A stretch of DNA of 64,000 bases, from assembly GCA_048939995.1 (NCBI GenBank), contig JBHLOY010000003.1:288001-352000 (forward strand). The letters run 5' to 3'. The first letter of the stretch is position 1. The number at the start of each line of letters is the position of its first letter. Below, piece after piece: positions 28,703-37,406 of this stretch. The notes below the pieces were generated by a model. That model made no database searches and was not told where the DNA came from. It saw only the letters and a list, made by a program, of their open reading frames with translations. The stretch comes from Promethearchaeota archaeon. GTDB lineage: Archaea; Asgardarchaeota; Lokiarchaeia; Sigyniarchaeales; SOKP01. The position numbers and the translations under genes were made by a program.

Positions 28703-30949
28703 TCACTCTAGCCCTGTTTCTAAAAATTTCTTTTGGTTCTTTACTTTTTTAAATATAAGGATTGATACAATAAATAAAATACAATATAGAAACATCATGT
28801 TATATCCGGGCACTGTTTCATTGTCTTCATTGTCTTCTCCGTAATTGCAGAATTGATTATCTTTAAAAATATTTCCTATACAATCCAATTCTTTTACACA
28901 CTCAGTATTCCCAAAAATAATGTTTTCATAGATATAATTGTAATTACTATGATCAAGGAATATACTGCAGCTATTATTGTTTACAATGTTTCCTGATATA
29001 CTGTTGTAATTACTAAAATAAAGCTGTATTCCATACTGATTCTTGTTTACTATGTTTCCTAAAAAAGTATTAGAATGACTATAATGTAAGTAAATCCCAG
29101 GACCAGCATTATTGTTTGCAATTATTCCGGAAATTGTATTATTATTACAGTAGTATAATGACAGCCCTAATGAACAAAAAGAAAGAATTTGGGATAATAT
29201 CGTCGAGTTATTACAATTAACAAGAATAATTTGTCCTGCATTTACAAAATCATTTAATCCTAAATTAATTTCATTCTTGTAATAATATAGTGGTCTTCCA
29301 TTTACTAAATTTGTAGTATCTATATTATTGGAACTTAATTCATTTCTGGATCCATACAATCTTCCTAATCCGCACTCATTCATAATATTTCTTCTAAAAG
29401 TATTATTAAGGTTATAATATATAAACATCCCATATTGGCTATTGTTTATGATATTGTCAATAATTATACTATTCGTAGCAGAACCTAATTCTATTCCAAA
29501 ATTCTTATTATTAATTAGTTTATTTTGGGAAAAGAGGTTATCATCACCATACGATAAATATATCCCCTCAGTACTATTATTTATAGCGTTTTCCACTATA
29601 TCATTATGGTTGCAATTATATCCAAATGATATTCCACAATAATCTGCATATATAATATTTTTTAAAATCTTATTACGATCACTGCTCCATAAATCTATAC
29701 CAACGCCACAACCATCTAATTCATTATCTGAAATGAAGTTACCATGACAGTATCTCAATTCTATCCCATAAATGTTATTATTGTTTAAAATACTCCCTGA
29801 AATATTGTTTTGGTTGCTATAATAAAGCTTTATTCCGTACTGGTTATTGTTTAATGTGTTTCCTAAAAAAGTATTAGAATGACTATAATGTAAGTAAATC
29901 CCAGAACCCCTATTATTTTTTGCGATGATTCCCGAAATTGTATTATTCGTACAGTAGTATAATGATAGCCCCAAAGAACAAAAAGAAAGATTTTGGGATG
30001 ATACCATTGAGTTATTACAATTAACTAAAATAATCTGTCCTGCATTTAAAAAATCGTTTGATTCTAAATTAATTTCATTCTTGTAATAATATAATGGCTT
30101 TCCATTTACTAAATTTGTAGAATCTATATTATTGGAACTTAATTCCTCACTCGTTCCAGGTCCAAAGAAGTGTCCAAACCCGCATTCACTCATGATATTT
30201 TTTCTAAAAGTATTATTAAGGCTATGAGATAAGCTCATCCCCGAAAGACAACTATTAAGAATATTATCTAATATTACGTTATTCTCCGCAGAAACTAATC
30301 TTATACCTTCCTCCTTATAATTTACTCTATTTCCAGATACATTATTATTAGATCCAAAAATATGTATCCCTGCAATACCAATATTAACAACATTACCTAT
30401 AATTTTGTTCTTATTGCTATTAGCTAAATGTATGCCATAATCATTATTATTTACGTTGTTCTCTTTAATAGTATTATTATTACTATTCTCTAAGTTTATT
30501 CCTTTTCGGTTATATGAACAGTTATTTCTAATTACCATTCCATTATTAACTCCGAACAAGTTTATTCCCGCATCCTTGGTGTACCATTCACTGCCAGAAT
30601 TATAAATCGTGCAATTTTCAATTTTAAAATATACGTTAGAATTTTCAATAATGATACAGCTTCCTAATCCTCCACCATCTATTATTAAGTCTTCAATATA
30701 GTAAGGATCAGTAAATGTGCCTGAACCAGTGCAGTTGCCAGCATTTCTAAAAGCAACCCAGCCAGAATTATCGATAATGCGGATTCTTACAGAACTTCTG
30801 GAACTAATTAGATTTTCTAATCTTATTTCAGAGTTACCTGTATATTCATCCCTATTATCAAGGTGATAATTTAAATTGAAATTTACCAGAGAAAATAATA
30901 GAAATGTAACTCCTAAGGTTATGAAAATAACTTTTATTCTAGATTTCAT
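28703..30949 (-). CDS. Cell-surface parallel beta-helix (NosD/CASH) protein with C-terminal PGY-TM anchor
   Basis: Signal peptide, GSGTFTDPYYIE, many GI.L..S.NN.I..N repeats, duplicated TNLVNG(K/R)PLYYYKNEINL...AGQIILVNC block, and VPGYN + TM + basic tail. Confidence 0.85.
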   Translation of the reverse strand: MKSRIKVIFITLGVTFLLFSLVNFNLNYHLDNRDEYTGNSEIRLENLISSRSSVRIRIIDNSGWVAFRNAGNCTGSGTFTDPYYIEDLIIDGGGLGSCIIIENSNVYFKIENCTIYNSGSEWYTKDAGINLFGVNNGMVIRNNCSYNRKGINLENSNNNTIKENNVNNNDYGIHLANSNKNKIIGNVVNIGIAGIHIFGSNNNVSGNRVNYKEEGIRLVSAENNVILDNILNSCLSGMSLSHSLNNTFRKNIMSECGFGHFFGPGTSEELSSNNIDSTNLVNGKPLYYYKNEINLESNDFLNAGQIILVNCNNSMVSSQNLSFCSLGLSLYYCTNNTISGIIAKNNRGSGIYLHYSHSNTFLGNTLNNNQYGIKLYYSNQNNISGSILNNNNIYGIELRYCHGNFISDNELDGCGVGIDLWSSDRNKILKNIIYADYCGISFGYNCNHNDIVENAINNSTEGIYLSYGDDNLFSQNKLINNKNFGIELGSATNSIIIDNIINNSQYGMFIYYNLNNTFRRNIMNECGLGRLYGSRNELSSNNIDTTNLVNGRPLYYYKNEINLGLNDFVNAGQIILVNCNNSTILSQILSFCSLGLSLYYCNNNTISGIIANNNAGPGIYLHYSHSNTFLGNIVNKNQYGIQLYFSNYNSISGNIVNNNSCSIFLDHSNYNYIYENIIFGNTECVKELDCIGNIFKDNQFCNYGEDNEDNETVPGYNMMFLYCILFIVSILIFKKVKNQKKFLETGLE

Positions 30950-31026
30950 ATTTCGCTAGCAATTGGTATTTACCAATAATAAATATTCTAAGTGGCAATT
31001 TAAATCTTATCTTTCTATTAGAAATC

Positions 31027-31686
31027 TTAGAATGTGAATGAAACTTTAAAAGGAAGGTTTTTAAGAATATCTTTAGCTTTATTCTTAAATTCATCAGAAA
31101 TAGATTCAAACCCATTCCCTGTAAAAGTATTCACTGAAAAATGGTCAGGTTTAATATCCAACAAAAATGTTTTTAGGTCTAGCATATCGTTAAGATTATC
31201 GTTGACACCGTCTATGAGTATCGCATACACCCTAAAACGACCTTCAAACTCTTTTCGGAAAGTTTTAATCCCATCTAGGATAGCTTGAACATTTACTTCC
31301 TCATCACATACACAAGATTTAAAAAAAGTTAATGGATTTACTGTATTCAAATTAGTGACGATTAGATCACATTGGGAGAGTTCTTTACGAACTATTTTAT
31401 ATCGAAATAATGAACAATTAACATACACTCCCAATTTCTGGTTAGGAAATTCTCTTTTTACTCTTTTAAGCAATTCTTGAAATCCATAAAATAGTTCCAT
31501 ATTTTTGACTCCTTTTAACCAGATATAATCTGGTTTTCCCTTCTTTTTGAAATAATCTTTAATTTCAGAGAATATAGCCTCTACAGGATAAAATTGAATT
31601 GACTCCTCGTTAGATTTAAGATTAATTGGTAAAATTTTTCCAAATTTCGAATTAATTTGCATCTCTTTTAAATGTATATACCCCAA
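31027..31686 (-). CDS. Degenerate radical SAM homolog lacking CxxxCxxC (cassette copy 3)
   Basis: Close paralog of 24258..24914 (HLKE.Q..SKFGK, PDYIWLKG, NCSLF, KSC.C, PDHFSVN.FTG). Confidence 0.8.
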   Translation of the reverse strand: MGYIHLKEMQINSKFGKILPINLKSNEESIQFYPVEAIFSEIKDYFKKKGKPDYIWLKGVKNMELFYGFQELLKRVKREFPNQKLGVYVNCSLFRYKIVRKELSQCDLIVTNLNTVNPLTFFKSCVCDEEVNVQAILDGIKTFRKEFEGRFRVYAILIDGVNDNLNDMLDLKTFLLDIKPDHFSVNTFTGNGFESISDEFKNKAKDILKNLPFKVSFTF

Positions 31687-31704
31687 TTACTCACCTAAAT
31701 GCTT

Positions 31705-34659
31705 TTAATTATACATATCTTTTATTAATGGTAATGTCTTTCCTTTTACCTCATTCATTTTTTTAAAGCATTTTTTAGCTTCCTCTGTATTACCAAGATT
31801 TTTATAACATTCTCCCATTTTGCGGTAGGTTTCAAAAATATACCATCCTGAGGGATTGATTTCAATCGCTTTTTCAAATTTCTCTATCGCACTTTCATAT
31901 CTTTTCAGTTCCATCAAAATTTCTCCATAAGTATCATAAGAATTTCCTTCTTCGGGATCAATTTCTATTAATTTCTCTATTGTTTCAAGTGCTTCTTCTA
32001 ATCTGTTCAATTTAACTAATATTAATGCTTTATTATTTTGCAGTGGCTTGTTATTCGGATCCTCAGCAAGAACTTCATCAATAGCATTTAAACCCGAATT
32101 ATAATCTTTTATCTTAAAATATATGAATGATTTAAGCAGGTTCATTTTAAGCAAATGTTTTGGGAAATTTTCAATTATCAGATCAATGAGCCTAATTGCT
32201 TCATTGTCTCTATTCATTGCAATCATGAAAATAACTTTTGATTTATAATAGTCTATATCCCTATCATTCAGTTTAATTGCCTCATCTATTGCATCTATCG
32301 CATCTTGATGTTTTCCAATCTGATTTAATATTATGGCTTTTAATTGGTAGTACATAGCTCTATTAAATTTGAGAGGATCAATTAAAGCTTTATCTATTTC
32401 AGTATTGAAATCATCTAAAGTAACTCCTTCTAGATTGCCATTGTAAATAAGAGAATAACCAAACACAAGAGCATTTATTACAAAAGAAATTGGATTATTT
32501 GGATAAGTAGCTAAGCATTGATTTGCCACTTTTAATGCATCACCAAACCTGCCACGCCCTATATATGAGTGAGCTAAAAGTAATAAGGCAGAAGTATCAA
32601 TAAGCGGATTCGGTTCAAAAGGATTTATTGCAAAATTCAATTCATCTTTAATAATATTTTCTGCATCTTTAAATTTTGAATTAAGACTAAATAGTGCTGC
32701 TTTTAAGATTATCAAATCCTTATTCATTGGTTTTAACTTAATAGCTGTCTCAATCAAATTCACGGGTTTTTCAAAGTTTTTTTGGCAGAATTCTACTTGT
32801 TTAACCATTGCTGAAAACTTGGTGCGCAATAATAAGACATTATTAGGGTTCTTGGAAATTGCTTTTTCAATGATCTTTTGGCCTTCCTCTTCTTCATCTT
32901 TTCTAATGAGAATCTGAGTCTTTTGGGCGATTAAAACAAAATTATATGCATTTTTTATTCCTTGTTCAATTATATCTAATGATTTCTCTAAATCATTCAT
33001 CAAGAAATAAGTAATTGATTGAAATAAGTAACCTAAATAATCTTTAGGTCTTTTTTCGATTAATTTATCAGTAATTTCAATTGACTCTTGAAATCTAAAT
33101 TGTGAGGTATAAATTAAATCTTGAAATATCAATTTTTCAATTTCGTTTAATTTATCTTGTCTATTATTAAATAGAGATAGTACATCACTAAAATCACCTT
33201 TTCTTAAAATTTGTACAAATTCATCTAATAATTCTAAGTTGGATGGAGAAATCTCATCATAACTTTCAATATATTCTATAAAGTCTAACTTATATAAGTA
33301 AAATATATTTAGCGTCTCAAAGAACTCATTATTAAGCACATAACTTACTTCACCTTCCTTTTCTTGGCTCTCAGAAGGTCTAATTGAAAATGCCTCAAAT
33401 TCAGTTGAGATTGCCTGCCAAATTAAACTTTCTAATTTAGATTCATCGGTTACCAATTTTTTCTCGGTTCCAATCTTATATGCTAAATCCTTTATATATT
33501 GTGGTAAAAATCTCAAGAAAGCATCTTTTAAATCCTCATGGAATAAAATTACGCAGCCTTCACTTACTATTTTATTAATTATAGAACTAATATCGATAGA
33601 GGAAGGTTTATCACTTACAAATTCGCTTAATTTGTTCAAATATGTGAATTTCGTTATTTTTTCATCTACTGATGCCCTTAACATTCTTTCAAGTTTTTCA
33701 TTTTCCTGAAAGTAAAGTTCTTTACTGGGAAATACATCTAATTTGAAGAATTTTGTATCATAGAGATCTTGATCTACTATTTTTTGTATGAAAAATTTTA
33801 AGGTGTTTATATCAATATCATATTCGGAAGAAAATTGTTCAATTGATATGTATTTTGGATATTGATCCGGGTGATTCATAGATAAAAACAAGAGAATTTT
33901 GTAAAACTCTTCTTTATCTTCAACCATTGTTTTGACTTTTGCATAATCTAATTTTATTATGTTATTCAAGAACCTGAATTTTACATCATCATCTTTAATT
34001 TGATAAGCCTTAAAGAAATCAATAGTTTCTCTTGTAATTTGCTCAATTCTTTTACTTTCTTCCTCTAAAAGTGATTGGCGATCTAAATCATATGACTTTA
34101 GTATCTTTAGATATTCAGTTTCTCCTAAAGAAGTAATTACGTAATCTTTATTGTTGTTCTTTTGAATATAACCACTTTCTATCAATGAATTTAGACTGTT
34201 AGATAGAGAGGATTGATTGATAGATAGCGGCTCATCCTTGAAATCAGACCATCTACATGAATTATTATTATATAGCATCCATAGAATGCAATGTTCATAG
34301 TTTCTCTTATTTATAATCAACCTTGGTGGATAATTTAGTTTACTTTCTACTTCATCCTTTTTCCTGGATAATTCAAAGAGCCGTTCTTTTCCCTTAGAAG
34401 TAATTTTATAAACATTACAAATTCTTTCATTTTTTTTCTTAGAGACTTTCATAATATAACCTCCATCCATTAAGCGATTTAACCAATTAGAAAGAGTGGA
34501 TTGACTTATATTGACTGGATCATTTGTAAAGTGAGACCATTCCAACTCCTCATTATAATTTAGCATCCAAAGAATAATTTGATCGAATCTTTTTTTACTA
34601 AATGGAGGGGGAGAGATTATTTCATCAGGTGGATAAGATATAATATCTGTTATACCCAT
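31705..34659 (-). CDS. Tandem winged-helix + TPR putative regulator (cassette copy 3)
   Basis: Two ILWML.NN..WS.F...I.QS.LS wHTH repeats, conserved middle domain and C-terminal TPRs. Confidence 0.85.
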   Translation of the reverse strand: MGITDIISYPPDEIISPPPFSKKRFDQIILWMLNYNEELEWSHFTNDPVNISQSTLSNWLNRLMDGGYIMKVSKKKNERICNVYKITSKGKERLFELSRKKDEVESKLNYPPRLIINKRNYEHCILWMLYNNNSCRWSDFKDEPLSINQSSLSNSLNSLIESGYIQKNNNKDYVITSLGETEYLKILKSYDLDRQSLLEEESKRIEQITRETIDFFKAYQIKDDDVKFRFLNNIIKLDYAKVKTMVEDKEEFYKILLFLSMNHPDQYPKYISIEQFSSEYDIDINTLKFFIQKIVDQDLYDTKFFKLDVFPSKELYFQENEKLERMLRASVDEKITKFTYLNKLSEFVSDKPSSIDISSIINKIVSEGCVILFHEDLKDAFLRFLPQYIKDLAYKIGTEKKLVTDESKLESLIWQAISTEFEAFSIRPSESQEKEGEVSYVLNNEFFETLNIFYLYKLDFIEYIESYDEISPSNLELLDEFVQILRKGDFSDVLSLFNNRQDKLNEIEKLIFQDLIYTSQFRFQESIEITDKLIEKRPKDYLGYLFQSITYFLMNDLEKSLDIIEQGIKNAYNFVLIAQKTQILIRKDEEEEGQKIIEKAISKNPNNVLLLRTKFSAMVKQVEFCQKNFEKPVNLIETAIKLKPMNKDLIILKAALFSLNSKFKDAENIIKDELNFAINPFEPNPLIDTSALLLLAHSYIGRGRFGDALKVANQCLATYPNNPISFVINALVFGYSLIYNGNLEGVTLDDFNTEIDKALIDPLKFNRAMYYQLKAIILNQIGKHQDAIDAIDEAIKLNDRDIDYYKSKVIFMIAMNRDNEAIRLIDLIIENFPKHLLKMNLLKSFIYFKIKDYNSGLNAIDEVLAEDPNNKPLQNNKALILVKLNRLEEALETIEKLIEIDPEEGNSYDTYGEILMELKRYESAIEKFEKAIEINPSGWYIFETYRKMGECYKNLGNTEEAKKCFKKMNEVKGKTLPLIKDMYN

Positions 34660-34752
34660 TTTTTTTAACCTATTTTTTTTTGCTCCTTAGTTATTATATT
34701 AGTATTAGTTCAATATAAAGTTTTCAGTTCAGATAATCAATTGGAGTTCGAA

Positions 34753-34768
34753 TGAAGTACTGACTTCA
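34753..34768. promoter_or_regulatory. Palindrome TGAAGT-ACTG-ACTTCA, putative operator
   Basis: Same arms and spacing as the core of 7957-7974, in the equivalent divergent intergenic region. Confidence 0.6.
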
Positions 34769-34865
34769 GCATGAAGTATAAAGCACGAACCTATAAATAA
34801 AGTCTCACCCTAATTAAAATTAAGAAAAAAAAACAAAACAAGAAAAAAAAAAGAGTGAAAGAAAA

Positions 34866-35081
34866 ATGGTTCAAGTATTAGAAAAGCCCCAGGAAATAGT
34901 TTTAGTTGAAGTTCCTGAGGTTAAAAAGGAAGTAAAAGCCAGTAAGATTCAAGAAATAAAAGCAAAACTTAGTCGAGTAAAAGACTATGCTAAAAAGCAT
35001 GAATATTACTTGAATATAAAAGACGTTAAAACCGAAATGGCTACAAATTCCTATGGCATGAGACTATTTAGGAATTATTAA
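34866..35081 (+). CDS. Small protein divergent from wHTH-TPR copy 3
   Basis: MVQVLEK N-terminus shared with 8059..8319; followed by a T-rich terminator-like tract. Confidence 0.7.
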   Translation: MVQVLEKPQEIVLVEVPEVKKEVKASKIQEIKAKLSRVKDYAKKHEYYLNIKDVKTEMATNSYGMRLFRNY

Positions 35082-35342
35082 TTTCTTTTTAATTTTTTTT
35101 GAAATAAATTTTTGCTTGTTTCCAAGCAAATCTTTTCTATATCTAAATTTTTTAAAATACTTAAGTATGGGATATTATTTCCTCACTTTGCCTTCACTCT
35201 GGATTTATAAATTTAGTTAGTTATTAAAAAAAGATTAATTACACAGAAATCAAAAACAATTAAATATAGCTTATAGCATAATTATTATTATCCAAGACAA
35301 ATATTTATAAAAATTTTAAAAAAAAATTAGATGTGATTTTAT

Positions 35343-35825
35343 ATGCCAATAATGGAAGGTTGGGAGGTCTCTCGCGATAGAGTGGAGAAATTTCAAAAAA
35401 TGTTGGAGACAGATCCTTTGGGGGACCCAATAATTACTTCAAAATGCAGACTTGGAAAAGATAATGGGTTGATTATCGTTAGCAATAACGGATTTGCCTG
35501 GAGAATACAATCAGGGTACGGTACAGCTGTGTGGGAACATGGTAAAAGTAAATGGGTGCGATGGCACGATGTAGATCATATGATGGAAAAGAAGCCTGGT
35601 CTTGTATTTTTATGGGTAAAAGTACGCGATAAGAATGGTGGCTTAAAAATTGATAAAAAAGGCAACCCTAAATTAGCGAAGTGGTTTTTTGTATTAAATA
35701 GAAATAAGGATGAGGATAAACCTCATTTTTACGAGAGGAGAGCTGCTTTCTTTAACATTATATCCCAAATATTTGAACAGAATAGAGGAGATACAGACCC
35801 TCCAACAAGTGATTCAAGAATTTAA
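35343..35825 (+). CDS. Hypothetical protein (possible PH-like beta fold)
   Basis: 160-aa ORF; GLIIVSNNGFAW...KWVRWHDV beta-rich pattern with a C-terminal helix. Confidence 0.55.
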   Translation: MPIMEGWEVSRDRVEKFQKMLETDPLGDPIITSKCRLGKDNGLIIVSNNGFAWRIQSGYGTAVWEHGKSKWVRWHDVDHMMEKKPGLVFLWVKVRDKNGGLKIDKKGNPKLAKWFFVLNRNKDEDKPHFYERRAAFFNIISQIFEQNRGDTDPPTSDSRI

Positions 35826-35867
35826 ACCATCAAAATTAATCTCTAATTTTTTTTATTTTTCCAGAAA

Positions 35868-37328
35868 TTAATTCTTATTTTTCTTTGTTTGTACAAACTT
35901 TTGAGTAAATGGATCATATTCCTTCGATTCATTTCTGCTTATTCTTTTTTCAATGAATTTTCTAAAGACTTTAAATAGAAAATTTTCAATTCCCACTCCA
36001 AAAAATTCTTTTTTCCATCTAAAGGTTCCTGGGGTTCTGATAAGTTTAAAAATTGGGAAATCTTCTTGTTCAAAAACTTTCTTACCAACTATCGCACTTG
36101 TAATTGAAATCATTTCAAGTAAATTTTTGTGGTTTAAATAGGGTTGAGCATTTTCTCTTCGAATTTTCGCCCAATCGAGTAGATTAGAGGGTGGGATAAA
36201 TCCCAACTTAATCGCTAGATCATAGATTGGAGTATTAGGGTAAGGAAAGAGTAACTTAACTGAAAATTCGCAATTAGGGTTGATCTGTTTAGTCCTTTTA
36301 ATCAACGATAAAGTCCCTCTAATATCCTTTTTAGTTTCACCAGGGATACCAATCATCCAACTATAATCTGCTTTAATGTTTAAATTTCTTGTAATTTGTG
36401 CACTCTTAATTATATCCTTAATTGAAATCTTCTTGTTTAAGATATTTAATATTCTTTGAGACCCTGATTCTGCTCCAAAATACATTTGCCTACAGCCATG
36501 CTCTTTTGCCTCCTTAGCTAATGCATAATTTAGCCGATCAACACGTAATTCTGCTTTCCACGTTATTTCGTGTTCTTTGAAATAATTAAAGAGAGATTTC
36601 ACTCGCTTTAGATCAGCAAAAAAATTATCATCGTAGAAAATTATATTCCTTACCCCAAAATCTAAAACCTTATCGAATTCTTCCATACATTTATCAGATC
36701 CCCATCCCCTCCATACATTATTTAAAAGAGTATTATAACAAAAAGCACATCGGAATGGACAACCTCTACTAGTGATACATATATATGTTCCATTTTTTAC
36801 ATAATGCGTCGGATTTATCAGATTCCAAGGAATACTTAAAGAATTTAACTCAGTACTAGTTAAAAGTTTGGAGTCAGGATTATGATAAATCTTATCATTT
36901 TTTTTAAAAGAAAGCCCATTAATCTGGCTTAAATTTTTCCCGGTTATGAGTTCATAAAAAGATACTTCACCCTCTCCTCGGATAACAAAATCGATAAATT
37001 TGCTTTGAAGGGTTTGGGAAGCAAGGATGGTGGGGTGTATCCCTCCCCAGACTACTTTAATGTCGTTAAATTCTTCCTTGATGATTTTAGAAATATTTAA
37101 GGCATATCGAATCTGTGGGCCTGTCATTACAGAAACACCAACATATTCGGGATTATTATCAGATATATCATCAATTACTTGAGAGATCGAGTCAAATCGT
37201 AAATCATAAATTTTTACATCTATATTTGCTTTTTTTAAATAATCTGCAATAAATAAAATTGAATAGGGTGGAGTAGGAAGCTGAGTTCCTGTAAATTCAA
37301 GTTGTGGATAAATTAATATTGAATTCAT
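35868..37328 (-). CDS. B12-binding domain radical SAM protein
   Basis: VWGGIHPT and RGEGE B12-binding domain, TSRGCPFRCAFC, DDNF and GAESGS motifs. Confidence 0.92.
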   Translation of the reverse strand: MNSILIYPQLEFTGTQLPTPPYSILFIADYLKKANIDVKIYDLRFDSISQVIDDISDNNPEYVGVSVMTGPQIRYALNISKIIKEEFNDIKVVWGGIHPTILASQTLQSKFIDFVIRGEGEVSFYELITGKNLSQINGLSFKKNDKIYHNPDSKLLTSTELNSLSIPWNLINPTHYVKNGTYICITSRGCPFRCAFCYNTLLNNVWRGWGSDKCMEEFDKVLDFGVRNIIFYDDNFFADLKRVKSLFNYFKEHEITWKAELRVDRLNYALAKEAKEHGCRQMYFGAESGSQRILNILNKKISIKDIIKSAQITRNLNIKADYSWMIGIPGETKKDIRGTLSLIKRTKQINPNCEFSVKLLFPYPNTPIYDLAIKLGFIPPSNLLDWAKIRRENAQPYLNHKNLLEMISITSAIVGKKVFEQEDFPIFKLIRTPGTFRWKKEFFGVGIENFLFKVFRKFIEKRISRNESKEYDPFTQKFVQTKKNKN

Positions 37329-37406
37329 TTTAGGAAAAAATATAGAATATAAATTGAAAATACTTATTATTTATTAAAGTTATAAGGAGATTCAAAATCT
37401 AGGAAA

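Noticed and set aside
35868-37328. B12 radical SAM as part of the peptide cassette
   Set aside because: It is separated by another gene, has no counterpart near copies 1 or 2, and belongs to a very common family.
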